A stretch of DNA of 64,000 nt from Hormiphora californensis (lineage: Eukaryota; Animalia; Ctenophora), in NCBI GenBank assembly GCA_020137815.1, contig CM035355.1:372001-436000 (forward strand). Direction: 5' to 3'. A program made the position numbers and the translations under genes. Shown here in pieces: positions 35,995-49,499 of this stretch (position 1 is the first letter of the stretch; every line of letters starts with the position of its first letter). The notes under the pieces were generated by a model. The model searched no databases. It saw nothing but the letters and a program-made list of their open reading frames with translations, and was not told the origin of the DNA.

Positions 35995-36985
35995 GACGGC
36001 CAGCGTTAAAACTTAAAATATGGGTGTTTCGTGAGACGTGAGTACTGACAAACGGTTTTTTAAGGTTAGGGCTAAAGTAGGGTTTGGGTTGGGGTTAGGC
36101 CTTGACATTTCCTACCGGATAAACTTTGAGTTAGCCAAAACGGTTGAGTGGTTTGGCGGTTAGCAGTGCACACCTGTAAACAAGCCACGAAACACCCAGA
36201 TCGTAACGGCGCCCTCCGAGATGGGTTGAAAAGCGCTGCCTTATCCCGCGCTGCGGGCCAGCAGCGTTTGCTAAAAATCTGGGTGCCTTCCATTGCTAAC
36301 AATTCATTTGAAAAGCGCTGCCTTATTCCTGCGTGGGCCGGCCAGCGTTAAAATCTGGGTGTTTTGGGAGTGCTGACAAACGGTTTTTTAGGGTTAGGGC
36401 TAAAGTAGGGTTAGGGTTAGGGTTGGGGATAGGCAGGGGCGGTGCGCGGCTTTCAGCCGCTCTGGTCAAAATGCGGCCGAAACATTTTTAACTCACGCGT
36501 TCCGTCAAAATACCCAATGCGGATGGTCCGCATTGGCTATTTTGACGTAGCGCGCCGATCAAAAAATACTGCGACGGCAAAAAAACCTTTGTGGCACGCG
36601 GATTTCACTAAAAATCTCATTTGAAACATCAAATTTTGAGAAAAATTGACCCTTTTCCTTGAATTTTTTCTTTTTCTCTCCGTGATCCAAAGTAAAAATG
36701 CGGACGCGTCCGCATCGTCCGCATGGCAGAGCCGCCCCTGGGGTTAGGCCTTGACATTCCCTACCATATAAACTTTGAATCAGCCAAAACGGTTGAGTGG
36801 TTTGGCGGTTAGAGCCATTTTAGTGAATCAACTTTTTTGGCAGCGTGCACCTGTAAACAGGCCTCCAAACACCCAGATCGTAACGGCGCCCGCGTGGGCC
36901 AGCAAGGTTTGCCAAACAATTCATCGATTTCGGCGGTCGAGACGGGTTAGGGCTGTTGTTAGGTTCGGGTTAGGGTTTTGTTTGG
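35995..36985 (+). mobile_element. Tandem modules of the TTAGGG-like repeat family
   Basis: Two ~300-bp units homologous to 8390-8625. Confidence 0.7.
36434..36740. mobile_element. hAT-like MITE inserted in the telomere-like module
   Basis: TIR CAGGGGCGG...CCGCCCCTG; 8-bp TSD GGGATAGG/GGGTTAGG (7 of 8 match). Confidence 0.8.
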
Positions 36986-38592
36986 GGTTGTTTGTTGTTG
37001 TTGTTGTATGCGCCTCCGCTTCCAATCCTCTACTTGTGATTTTATCCCGTCCGGCAGCCAGTTCCTCACGCCCGAGAAGGACGGAGCTCAGGTTCCAGAG
37101 TTTCCTCTTTCCCCCGGGAGAGTTTTCTTCCTCCGTCTTATGTCCATGGTTTTGGAGATAAGGGTGGAATCGTCTCCCATAACTATCTTAACAGGTCCCA
37201 TGAAGAGGACCGCACCAGCACTGTTTTCACATTGTGCCAGTCTCGGATATCTCCAGCGACCCTTGGTGAGTGGCATCTCAGCATTGATCGCTCTAGATGT
37301 GGCCTTGGCTAGGACAATTCGGACGCTCCATTGACTATGGCACCTTTGTAGATTTTGCGCTGCCAACCTCTGATTTGTAATCAGTACTCCATGTGGGTTC
37401 ATGGAACATCACTTTTTGTTCGTGATGCAGATGCAGCGTCCGGCCGTTCATGGGGTAGTTAGGGCAGGTTCCTTCCCAATTAACGGAACTCTGGCGTGTG
37501 AAATGTTTAGTGGGTTAGGTATCTATGTGCGTCACTCATAGAAATTTGTTTTGTAGCATGGGATAGTGGTTTGTTCTGTTTGTTGATCAGGTTTTTGTGG
37601 AGGCTTGTTTGTTGGTAGAGAAGGATGATGTTGGTTTGTTACCTTCATCGTTTGGGGGGTAATCGCCATTTGGGAATCTCCTACGCTTCTCATGGACTTT
37701 TGAAGAAGCGTAGGTAGTAGCGAGGCTACTGGTTAGTGTAGTTTCTCCCTGTTGGGCTACGGAAACACCCCTTGAGTTTATCTCGACCTCGGCGTGGGAA
37801 TTTTGCCGAGAGTCGGTGGTAGCTAACCAGTTATGACCTAGCTTGTTAGACCTTTTATACCTGTCCAGAGGCTAGGTGGACAGAAGGTAGATGGGGGCCA
37901 GTTGAGATTAGACCTCCTCCAGCCTGGACTTTTGCTGGAGGACGGGTTTTGGCCGGTATTTAGCCATCTACTTTGGCCCAGTGCACAAGGCTGGGGAGAT
38001 GGTGTAATACCGGCCGGGGGGTATCTCTATTCAGAGAGAGATGAGTCATGAGCGGATTAGAGAAAGGAAGAGAGAAAAACACACCACCCAAGGAGGGCAG
38101 CTCTGTTTCCTTGGAGTGGTATGTGAGATGCTCCAGGCAGTTCAAGAGCTTCATGGTTTACCCCGGGGTATGCCGGGTCACCCCTGAAGATTCCCTGTCT
38201 GGTCTGTAGGACACTATTGCTATCTAAAAAAATAGACATTAGCCGCGGCCTGCATCTCAAGGGCGTGGGAAGGAATCTCACCCTCCTTGTTTGGGGTTAA
38301 TGGTTATCGGATAGTGCTATCGATTCTCTACTAGATACCGTTTAGTTTACTCAAATCGGCCATGTGGTTGCGTGGCTATAGCTGTTTGAAAAAAGTCGGT
38401 TTAGGAAATAAAAGTGTACTCTTCTTGCCAGCGTGCAACTGTAAACAGGCTGCAAGGCACCCAGATTATAATCGCACCCTCGTGCGGCTTGCAATTAGTG
38501 GGTAACCCTGGATGCCACTGAAACTAGCCCTTTTTGTGTGGTGAATGGTGATCAGTAGCGTGGAGATAATTCCAAATAGTGGCATACACACG

Positions 38593-38626
<34 letters not shown>

Positions 38627-38712
38627 CACCGATATGATAGATGATGTGGAAATGTTATTGTGTCTAGCATCCTGTGACATGTATTGTAGTATATTGTATA
38701 GGCATCATGTAT

Positions 38713-38861
38713 ACTCCATTTTTTTCAACTGTTCACCCCCCAAAGTCGTGCGCGGAATTGTTTTGCACGTTTATCACATGTTAACATATAGCGCGCGCCA
38801 CCCAAATTCTAATTTTTATTAAATTTCAGTTTTTGGGTGAACAGTTGAAAAAAAATGGACT
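38713..38861. mobile_element. ~150-bp MITE related to 12792-12946
   Basis: TIR TCCATTTTTTTCAACTGTTCACCC; shared internal GTGCGCGG..ATCACATGTTAAC. Confidence 0.75.
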
Positions 38862-38972
38862 TTATGTATAATAATACACTTCATTGAATTTCTAAAACTT
38901 ACTAAAACTCCCCTACGGAGATCTTATCTACATCTATCTACACACAATTCTGAAAGTATCTTACAGCGCCTC

Positions 38973-40904
38973 TCAAAGTTCTACAATGATATCTCTCTCC
39001 TCAATGTCTTGTGATCCACTCTCATTATCCGGCAGGTAATCATCGGGGAACTTTGGTAGGGATGGAGTCACATTTTCAGATGTTGTATTCTCGTGTAAAG
39101 TACCCTCATCATCACCCTCGTCCTGTGAAGAGTTTCTCCGCACCACTATCGTCTGTGGAATGTCCTCATCCTCATCTACAGCTCCGTCGTCCGGCAGCGT
39201 CTCACCGTCATCAATAGTGTTATCTCGCTCACACGGTGGCCTCCCTTTGCTGCTATCACTACTGCTACTACTGCTACTACTGCTGGAAACACTGACTTTC
39301 TTGGCAAGTTTAATATTAACTGCTGGTACTGCAGGTTTTGGGGAGGTGGTGAACTTGGCCATACTCTCATCGGCACGACGGAGAATTTTCTGTGAAACCT
39401 CAATCAGTGTTATGTCCAAATCGACAAACAAGTCAAATCCATTGTTGAGTCGCGTTGACACGCGAATGAGATACTTGCAGCTAATAAACTGACTCTTACT
39501 GACCGATTGCAGATCGGCCGATGTGAGAGTAAACGGTAAAACAGTTTCAAACTTCTTTTCTTTTCCTGCATCTGCATCTTTGTACTTTTCAATTTGTAAC
39601 ACGTGCCTCATGTTGTTCTCGTGGAAGTTTCCATCCTTCAGACTGATATACCGTCCTAGGATGACCGAAATTACTCCAATTTCATCCGCTGCCCCCTCGC
39701 TTAAGCTACATCGAATGTTGACGGTATCTCCAAACGAGTAACAAGATCGGTCGGTCTCGGCAGTGAGAGTAACCGAGCCCCGGGGCAGACAAGTGAAGTA
39801 GTACAGCTTGATACGCTCAGATCTGGGTTGACATTGATAGTTATACGGGGGTGCCTCGCACAACACAATGAAATCCTTTGCGATGATCTGGTTTTCATGG
39901 AGATCAACAAGGAGGAAAGCGTACTCAATGCACGCTCGGACATCCTCCTCAGGAGAGACAAACCGAAATGAGGAGGGGAGGTCAGGTGGGAACTGGTAGG
40001 TAAATTTGAAGACAAAGTCTGATTGTCCTTCATCACTGTGCACAAGGTCCACATACTCCGTGAAGAATGTTTGGATTTCACTGTGTCCATCCCATCCTAC
40101 CGACTGGCTCCCCTCACAAATGAGGGACAGGGTCAACTGTGCAACGTCAAAGTGCTCCTTCATCAACAAAACCGTCCCTCGGACAACCTTGGAAGGGTAA
40201 ACCAGTGTATCGGCTAGACTGATCCTCACAGTTTTCTCCTTCTCCTCCTCGACCACTACAGTGCTCTCTCCATCAAGGGTGTCATCGTCATCAACTCGTG
40301 TGTAATCAGGTTCCTCGTGATGGAACTCTCTCTGTGAGGTCTGCACAATAGAACCCTCGTCCAAGTTTTCTAAAGCAGATGGAAGGACGTCCTCGGAGAA
40401 GGTCGGATCCTCGAGTTGATCCCCCTTTTCAGGAGGGTCAACATTCTCTGAGATACTATCCCTGGGAAGCATATCAAATGCTATCACTGCCTCAGGAGCA
40501 TAGCTTGATATGAATAACTTTGCATCGTCCATACCAGCGTCCACATCCTCAGAGGGGGCACAGGAGAACTTCCTTGAGGACATGTCACCATAAATATCTT
40601 CCTCCTCCTCCTCATCGTTCTTCTTTGGGGTAGACGACATGTCACCGTAAATATCATCTGCTTCCTCATCCTCCTCTTTCTCCATCTTGTTAACTGTGCT
40701 ATAAATATCATCCTCTTCCTCTAGATCAGGTTGAGCTGCCCTATCATCTTCATCGTATTTCTCAGTGCTATCATCACCATTCACCCCGTTTGAAAGTCCG
40801 TTCATCGTTCCGTACAAATCCTCCGGATGGGTGTCATGGTGACCATTACCATGGCAACCCTCCTGGAGTTTCATCGCTCCATTATTATAGTCCGCTACAT
40901 CCAT
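38973..40904 (-). CDS. Arrestin-domain-containing protein (alpha-arrestin-like) with long acidic N- and C-terminal extensions, 643 aa, single coding exon
   Basis: Arrestin_N (VYPSKVVRGTV...FKFTYQFPPDLPSSF...IEY) and Arrestin_C (GSVTLTAETDRSCYSFGDTVNI...SQFISCKYLIRV...LDITL). Confidence 0.85.
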   Translation of the reverse strand: MDVADYNNGAMKLQEGCHGNGHHDTHPEDLYGTMNGLSNGVNGDDSTEKYDEDDRAAQPDLEEEDDIYSTVNKMEKEEDEEADDIYGDMSSTPKKNDEEEEEDIYGDMSSRKFSCAPSEDVDAGMDDAKLFISSYAPEAVIAFDMLPRDSISENVDPPEKGDQLEDPTFSEDVLPSALENLDEGSIVQTSQREFHHEEPDYTRVDDDDTLDGESTVVVEEEKEKTVRISLADTLVYPSKVVRGTVLLMKEHFDVAQLTLSLICEGSQSVGWDGHSEIQTFFTEYVDLVHSDEGQSDFVFKFTYQFPPDLPSSFRFVSPEEDVRACIEYAFLLVDLHENQIIAKDFIVLCEAPPYNYQCQPRSERIKLYYFTCLPRGSVTLTAETDRSCYSFGDTVNIRCSLSEGAADEIGVISVILGRYISLKDGNFHENNMRHVLQIEKYKDADAGKEKKFETVLPFTLTSADLQSVSKSQFISCKYLIRVSTRLNNGFDLFVDLDITLIEVSQKILRRADESMAKFTTSPKPAVPAVNIKLAKKVSVSSSSSSSSSSDSSKGRPPCERDNTIDDGETLPDDGAVDEDEDIPQTIVVRRNSSQDEGDDEGTLHENTTSENVTPSLPKFPDDYLPDNESGSQDIEERDIIVEL

Positions 40905-41698
40905 TGAAATAAAGGTCGGGCACCTCTCCTGTGGATCTATCTTGGTAGAAGAAAGGGTGGAGTCATGGTTGTAGCTTTGTTGATCTGGTCAGCTGCAATG
41001 TAGAGGTGTGGTTAGAAGATATAAAACAACGCAATATCATGAACATATGCAATACAGGTAAGTTAGAACTTGGCAAAGTGAGATACTGAATTCTGTTTGA
41101 AAACGCTTAGTACTTGAATGCAGTAGTAATGTGGTCATTATTGTATGGCCTGTTTTAAATCACTAAAGCGAGAATTAGCAGACATACTAAATAGCAACGG
41201 TCAGAGGAAAGTAAGCGAGTCATCGGTCATAATGTACACATCTATAGAGGGAGGGAAGTGAGACAAACTATAGAGCAAGGGGAGATGGAGGAAGGAGAGG
41301 TTTAGTTGGAGAGAGAGTGTGTAGCCCACAAATAGAGAGCTCGATCTAAGCGGGCCTCGATGCAACACAGACTCTTTTGCTCTCTTAGTCTCTTACACGT
41401 GCACTGTATGGTTTATAGCGAGAGATACAAAGGGAGAGAGAGAGAGAGAGAGATACAAAGGGAGAAAGAGGGAGAGAGAGAGAGAGGAGAGAGAGAATAG
41501 AGAGAAAGAGAGAGAGAGAGAGATGTAGTAGAGGAGAGAGATATGAGAGAGATCCATCTCTCGCTCTACTTATCTCTCTATCGTCGCTCTCCTCTCTCTC
41601 TCTCTCTCGCTCTCCTTTCTCTCTCTTCCCTCTCTCTCTCCACCCTCTCGTTCGCCTCTTAGAGGGTACATCTCTGTAGAAGAGGAGTGAAAATAAGG

Positions 41699-43046
41699 TA
41701 TACACGGCGTGCCTGGTGAAATTTTAACACGACCTAGCATGCGACGGGAAACCACCACTTGTACGTGGTAGCTGAGGGTCTACAGAATGGCGCTACGGTG
41801 CGGGAAAAAACATTCCATTCCCTAAAATCTTTTTTTTACTTTTATTTGATTTGGGTCAAAATTGGCTATATTAAACGTGGTCCCGAAAAATCCATAATGA
41901 CTTAGCACACGAAATATGTCACCCCTACCTATTTTTGCACGTAGAATCGATTGCCGTTGAAGTCGAATCTCTAAAATGACTGTAAAATGGTCAAAAGTTG
42001 ATTTTTTACCATTTTTTGGAGGTTTTTGGCCCCTAAACCATTGAAAACGTTGAGATAGGAATTTGAAACTAGTGCCAATCGTTAAAATGGTCATTTTTCT
42101 ACCAAGAACCAAGTTTTCGTGTATATCCGATTTATGGTTAGATTTGGGCAAATTGTTGAAATCTGCCAACTAGGAGAACCGTAACTTGATTTTCTTGTTT
42201 TTTGGATTTTGGCATTTTCGACAAACTTCTGATTGAAATGGTCAATCGGGACCATGCTTAAGTTGTTTATGGGACAATTTTCGACTAAAATCCAAGATTT
42301 CATACCAATCCAATAACAGATCGTTGATTTATAGAAAATTTAAGTAGGCAAAACGGTGAAAATAAGCAAGAAAAGTTGTCATTTTGACCGTTTTGCCTAC
42401 TTAAATTTTCTATAAATCAACGATCTGTTATTGGATTGGTATGAAATCTTGGATTTTAGTCGAAAATTGTCCCATAAACAACTTAAGCATGGTCCCGATT
42501 GACCATTTCAATCAGAAGTTTGTCGAAAATGCCAAAATCCAAAAAACAAGAAAATCAAGTTACGGTTCTCCTAGTTGGCAGATTTCAACAATTTGCCCAA
42601 ATCTAACTATAAATCGGATATACACGAAAACTTGGTTCTTGGTAGAAAAATGACCATTTTAACGATTGGCACTAGTTTCAAATTCCTATCTCAACGTTTT
42701 CAATGGTTTAGGGGCCAAAAACCTCCAAAAAATGGTAAAAAATCAACTTTTGACCATTTTACAGTCATTTTAGAGATTCGACTTCAACGGCAATCGATTC
42801 TACGTGCAAAAATAGGTAGGGGTGACATATTTCGTGTGCTAAGTCATTATGGATTTTTCGGGACCACGTTTAATATAGCCAATTTTGACCCAAATCAAAT
42901 AAAAGTAAAAAAAAAGATTTTAGGGAATGGAATGTTTTTTCCCGCACCGTAGCGCCATTCTGTAGACCCTCAGCTACCACGTACAAGTGGTGGTTTCCCG
43001 TCGCATGCTAGGTCGTGTTAAAATTTCACCAGGCACGCCGTGTATA
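41699..43046. mobile_element. 1.35-kb near-perfect foldback element (TA-flanked)
   Basis: TATACACGGCGTGCCTGGTGAAATTTTAAC...GTTAAAATTTCACCAGGCACGCCGTGTATA, centre ~42372. It generates mirror-image ORFs. Confidence 0.9.
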
Positions 43047-44129
43047 AGAGAGTAATAAAAGGCTAGAAATAGGCGTTCAGAAAAGGCATAGACAGGGATA
43101 TATGGGGAAAGGTGTTAAGAATGGGAAAGGACGGCAGGAAAAGGATTTGTACATTCTCTTGATCTCGGACGAAAAGGGAGAGCCAGATTTCGCCACCCAC
43201 CCACCCTGAAAATAGAGCCTTAGCATTTTAAAGAGCATCGTTATGAAGGTGACTCTAGAAAATATGGCGTTGATTGGATGGATTTGTATTTGTAGTTTTA
43301 AAAAGCTCTCTTTGTTTCTGTTCCACTAACATCTGCGTTCAACACGTCCACAGCCAACAGCAAGGACACCGTCACACTGCACCTGCCACTGTAAAAAAAC
43401 TTTTCTAGCCCTTTTATTTTATTTTTATAGGTATCTCTATCCTCTTTCCTTTCTACTACCACCACCAATTAGTATTTTTCCTTTCTTAAATAACTCTCTG
43501 ACTTTCTACAGAGTTAATATGTACGGGCGTGTCAAATAATGGTAACATACGGCGTCATGATACATTTGGCAAACATGTGTTGTTTTGAACATCACCATCT
43601 GTCCATCTTGTTTCAGGACAAACCGGCTATATATTCAATGTACATGATAGTCTAAATTTCAATTGAATATTGAAGACCCTTCAGAAAGGAGGCAATCTCA
43701 AAATATACCACTGCTTAGAACAAGCCTATTATGAAAGTATGAAACCTCCGTGCAATAATTCAGTTCTACAGAGTGTACTACAATAGTACAATATCATACC
43801 TGCTGTAGGTATAGGAAGAGACAGCTGTACTGTGCAGCCTCTGGTAGATATGACAACAGGACGATGAGGCCCAGCTGTAGAATGTGGTGATCTGCTACAC
43901 CGCTTCTCAGGCTCTGTAGGGGTAGAGGTGGTGTTAGATATAGCAAACTCTACAGGAGTAGTGGGGACATCTTGCTGAAGGACCAGCAAGCTGAAGAGTG
44001 AAGGACCAGGGCTAAAGTAAAACTTTGGGACGTGTTTTTTAGTAAACTGAATCCAATTATTTGTCCCACAAAAGACTATCTATGATATGTTAATTGCCCG
44101 ATACACATCTCTGATTTAGTGGTACTCAC

Positions 44130-46392
44130 ATTGAAGGGGTCACTGTTCCCAACGTACATGGGTGCATCTCCAACTTTTGGGCTCGTTTGGAAGTGTATTC
44201 GTACAACAGGTATGAAGATATCACGCCAGGTGCTTCGCTATCGCTGTGGAGATTACATTGGTATATAATTAGAGAACACTAGAAGTTGGAAATGAGATAT
44301 AGTGTTTAGGGCCAGCGGCAGCTGACTGTTGGGTTTTGTTTTGTGGACGTGCCTCATGGAAAAAAAAACTGGTATCTAACAATTTATAATAATCACCTCA
44401 ACCCAGCTTCTAGGTAACAGGGTACACATCTGTAAACCTACGGTAATAATCTCATGCTGTATCTACTAGTAATATCTACCTGTTGATAATAGAACAACAC
44501 TGATATCTCCGTAGGTTTCAGCCAGGTAAGACCCCAGGGCGGGAGATACGATGAAACTTTGCGAGATGTGGCAGTACCTGAATATATGGTTGTTATTCCG
44601 CACAGTGATTATACATAGTATTAGTTCCCCGACATGTTTGATATTGTTTAGTTAGTGGATTGAAGGGAGTTGTTCTCCAGATTTACAACATCAGATGGTT
44701 AAATGTTGCAAAAGGTTTATTCTCTCTCTCGCTCCCTTTCTTGCTGACGTCAAACAGAGCGGGTGGTAGGGTTACTTGAAGTTTTGTGAGACGCAGTCAA
44801 GAGAAGAAGGGGGGGTTAGTGATTGACGCAATGTCTCCCTCTAACCAGGCATGTAGGGGGCAACATGCCTCTCTTTTCCGATATGGGGGGGGGTGGGACT
44901 ATCCCATACCAAAAAGGAGCCACAGATAGACATGTTGTTACAATACACTATAGCTGTTACATTACACTATAGTATTATTAAGGTAAATATACAGTACAGA
45001 CAGTACAGTAACAATACATAATACAGACTAATAAGAGAGGCACAACGCAATACCACTTCTACACACCACTGCTTGTCACACCTTTGCCACGTTGACTACT
45101 AAACGTACATCCTCGGCACTGCGTGATGTGTCAGAATTTCGGGGTTATATTGATGCTTTTGTAATATAATTGTGCTCTACATATTATTTTCTACGCTCAA
45201 TAGCGACACATTTAGTAATCCTCCGCTCAGGGATCGGAACACACATGCGCGTTTGCGTACTGAACCCAACGGCGCCCTAGGCCATGTATCGGGAGAAAAG
45301 AGGCGAGCAGACTTCTGTCTACACGACGCAGGACGTGAACGGTTGGGAAGGTTAAGACTACTTTGCCAGAGGTTGGTCCCCCCAGTAAATATTGCTTCTA
45401 CAACAGGACGTGGAGAACATAAGGGACAATCAGGAAAGTGTGTGTGCGTGGAGTAGGAGGGTAGACGAAGACGGAGAGGGAGAATGTACACTATAGTTTA
45501 TAATTCCGTATCTCTGACAGTCTCACTACAGCGCGGCTTTCAATATAGGTGTAGTTCAAGTTGCATCCGACCCTCATGTCATTCCGTGTGAACATGCAGG
45601 GGAACGCAACAAAGCACAATAGAAAAGTGTAGAGGCCAGCTTCAAATAAGTGACTGGAGAGACGTCTGTGGTTTGGCCTGGCAAAACTTGTGACTGTAAA
45701 CAGCGCGTTTTGCACTGATTACCTAATTGCGTGAGTGGTGGGTCATGGTGTGGGATGTGTGTGGAAGACAAGGTCCAGCAACCGGTATCACGTCAGTGCC
45801 ACAACTAGAGCCGCCTCCCAGACACATCCGAGACAGAGCTCGTGACCCACACAGGGGGGAGCAGTAAACTGAAGGAGAGGATTCCCTGAGAAAGGGCCGG
45901 GTGTTAAGGTGATCCTAAGTTAAGCAATAGTTCATATACCGGTGTCATGACATCTCCTTCTTTACCCCATTAAATTATATCAATTCAAACATTGGGGGCA
46001 TCACTGGACACGCGCCTCTTCAGTTCGTCTGCGGTGCACCAATTCATGGCGTGGTGTACCGCCCCTCCTTTCCCATCTGCACATATTCGCCACACGTAAC
46101 TCTCCTATGGGAGAGTCATAAGGCAGGCCCTAGTGATAGCCCCCACCTGTGAGGCGGCTGTATGCCTGTCGCCTTGCTGCGGCCTTTCTTGTTTGAAGGT
46201 CTGCCATGTTTCAATACTCTTCCCTCATCGACACCTTTGTTCTATCCCTGTATCCTGTCCATTCATCAGGAATGTGTAGGAGGGAAATGTCTCTGCTGTA
46301 ACATTAACAACGGGAACTGTCAGGAGACCCCACGCGAAAAACTCCAAGAATATGACTACCACGGCATGAAGAACACTTGGTCGGCCCCAACC
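44130..46392 (-). CDS. MFSD14: 5' exons of an MFSD14/HIAT1 major facilitator transporter (frameshifted, noisy sequence)
   Basis: GRPSVLHAVVVIFLEFFAWGLLTVP..ETFPSYTFLMNG (~46392-46215); GILSF.. (~45887); SFIVSPALGSYLAETYGDISVVLLST (~44577-44480); ..WE..DPF (~44243-44130). Confidence 0.8.
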
Positions 46393-46850
46393 CTGAAATA
46401 TAGAGAGATTAATGTGAGATAACTAAATGTAAATTGGGACCTGAATTCTCTTCTTTAATTTTCATCTCTCTGCTTCATTTTCTCACTCCTCTCTCTCACT
46501 CACTCCTCTCTCTCTCTCTCTCTCCTGACTTCTCCTCCTCGTCCTGACTCCCCTCTCTCTCCCTACCTCATGGGCAATAACGACTCACACACACACATAT
46601 TCAAGTTTATCATCATTGTATATACAATACATTCTACATCCAGCCACACAAATCGAATAATAAATATGAACAACTTGTATACATTTGTTATGTTCTGACC
46701 CTTCTTTTACAAAAGATAGAGAACGGGTATAGGAAGGCGAATATAAAAGTTAATAATATTTAGTTGTTCATTATTGTATATCTAAATTACTTACAAATGC
46801 AAGTTGATTGATTACGCGATCTGAGGAATGACGTCCTTTTCTTTTTTCTC

Positions 46851-46950
46851 NNNNNNNNNNNNNNNNNNNNNNNNNNNNNNNNNNNNNNNNNNNNNNNNNN
46901 NNNNNNNNNNNNNNNNNNNNNNNNNNNNNNNNNNNNNNNNNNNNNNNNNN
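46851..46950. other. Scaffold gap (100 N)
   Basis: Run of N. Confidence 1.
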
Positions 46951-47748
46951 GAGAGAAGAGAGAGAGAGAGAGAGGAAGAATGATAATGAGGACACAATAT
47001 TGTTGTCTGTTTATGATTTCCGTGTGTAATGCACATGAGCTTTCTGTCTCCCTCTCTATTTTGTGTTATCATTTCCACCCATCCTGATCCTCTCCCTTTA
47101 TCTAGTATCATAATCTCTACCTTGCCCCTCCGGCCTCCTAGTATCTTTCTAACGCTCTCTATCTCTGCCCCTCATAGTATCTTTCTACCGCTCTCTATCC
47201 TGCCCCTCCTAGTATCTTCCTACCACTCTCTATCCTTCGGTTGTGTTTGTTGTTTGAGGTCAGATTTTGTGGCTCGCCAGACGTATGATCTATAATAGCT
47301 GTTTGAGAGGTGATGAAGAAGAGAGATGGATATCATTAAAAAGGTGATGAAGTGAGACGGAAGAGATTTTGTGGCAGCCAAGAAAGATAATGAATGGAGA
47401 GATTGAAGAGGGAAAGAGGTGAGATGGAGTCAGAGCCTGGCTGTGAGATACCAAATTTCCTTATGCAAATCACACCTCCACTACTTGGATCTCTAGAGCT
47501 ATCACATCTCTACAACACACCCACCCGGCCCACTGTCTCTCTCTTTATCTTTATCCCACTGTCTCTCTCTTTATCGTTATCCCTCTCCCTCTCTCTCTCT
47601 TCCTCTCTTTATCTTTATCTCTCTCCCTTTATCTTTCTCGCTCTCCCTCACTCACGCCCATTACCACTCTTCGTCTTCGTCGCATCCCGTTCTAAATGTG
47701 TCTCAGTTTTAGCTCTCCTTCCCACTCTCCCTTTGGACTAATATTAAA

Positions 47749-47977
47749 GTGAGAGAGAACAGCAGGGATTTTCACAAAAAGTTATCTGGATACTCCTTGA
47801 TGGCTAACTAAAACTTTAGTGAAAACTGCATGTCTCTAGCATGTTTTTCAAAATTGAGCTAACACATGCGAGACGCACCATAATGGGCCCATAATGGGCG
47901 TAACTGCATGTACAATATGAATTGTACATGCAGATTCCATAAAACTTTTTGTGAAAATCCCTGCTGTTCTCTCTCAC
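47749..47977. mobile_element. MITE with ~35-bp TIRs
   Basis: GTGAGAGAGAACAGCAGGGATTTTCACAAAAAGTT and its reverse complement. Confidence 0.85.
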
Positions 47978-49499
47978 GTTTTGTATACCGCTATATATTG
48001 TGAATTTAGATGACGTGTGATATTAGCCATCATTTCTATGTAAATCCTCCCCCTTTCCACGATAAGTACCTCTCTACCTATCCCTCTCTATCTCTCTCAT
48101 CACTCATCATAAGCACCATCTGGCCCCAAGACACTACTCACAACACACAAACACACAAACACAATAAGGCAGCATAACAGGCCAACCTAATATCATGTCA
48201 ATTTAGCTACTATTTCTAAACTTAATTTGTATCCTTTCTCGAAAAAAGGGAGGAGAAGGGAGCCAAATAGAGAAAGAAAAAAATTTTAAACTTCATTTTT
48301 TTTCCCACTCAACACAATGTGATCTTTTTTGAACAAAGAGTGAGAAAAAGTTACTGGGTTCCAAAGATGTTACTATCGAAAAAGTCAATTAGATTCCAAA
48401 AATTTTACCCCCCGTTTAAATTATGTTTAACAAACAAAAGTGATTAATTAAATCCGCCCACACCCCAATTTTTCATTTTCTCAAATTAACATCATAACGT
48501 GCCCCCCCGGGCCCCACCCACCCCTTAAGTTGTACCACTCCCCCCCCCCCCTCCCAAACCTTTCAAGAAAGGTTTTTACCGTGACTAGGGCCTGTATAAA
48601 AAACAATTTTTTAATCTAAATTCTTTCCCCTCTATAACAATCCTCTGTTTGGGTACAAGTTTTCCCCCGGACAACGTGGCCCATTTTCCCGTAGGGGGTG
48701 CTCCCCCGTCACGTTCCTAACTCTTGTCCTGGCATTCCTTTAAACTGGGGGGGCCCAAAAAACCCAATGGTCGGGCCCTGTCCTTCCGGTTTCACAATTA
48801 CTGTGGCGGCCCGGATTAGCAAGTGGTAAGAATTGTAGCTTTAATAGTGGGCCAATCTTTCTCTCTCGATCTACTTCACTCGTATTAGACCATTCCCGCA
48901 CACGCTAGGGAAAAAATTTTAATTTATTCCCCTCCCTCCCCCCACCCCCCCCTACCACCCCCCCCCCCCCGATATTCCCCACCCCCCCCCCCCCCCTATA
49001 CCCCCCCCCCCCCACCCCCCTATTTTTCCCTACTCACCCCCTCCTCCCCCTATTGGGTCGGGTGTGTTAGCAGCTGCTAGTTCCATCACCTACCCCGCTA
49101 TATGCGCCTGCCAGCCCAAAAGCAGGGGGGGGAAAAAAACAGGGAAGTTTTTCTTTTTTAAGAGCTCAGTTGCGGGTCCCCATTAAATACTCAAGGGTCA
49201 CCACATTATAGGTGTGGTAGAGGGAGGGATACCATATTGGAAGGTTTTTTGTGAACAAATTTTCCGATGTGGGAGGTCAAATTTATGTTAAAACCTACAA
49301 AAACAATTAATTTGATTTTTGGTCAATCGTTCCTGAAAAGGGGTTTGCATCTATTCTCTAATTTTTTAACTCTGTTGGGCCACTTTAACTTAAACTTAGG
49401 GTAAACCCTGAAGATTTGTTTTTTGCCGGCGTGCAACGGGTTTTTAATGCCCCGTTAGAGAAATTTGACATTTATCACTAAAAAGGGATTTTGAAAGAC

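Noticed and set aside
37088-37460. Possible non-LTR endonuclease N-terminus (AQNLQRC)
   Set aside because: A single weak motif with no supporting RT or APE motifs.
41822-42952. Pairs of identical ORFs on opposite strands
   Set aside because: A consequence of the palindrome; no transposase motifs.
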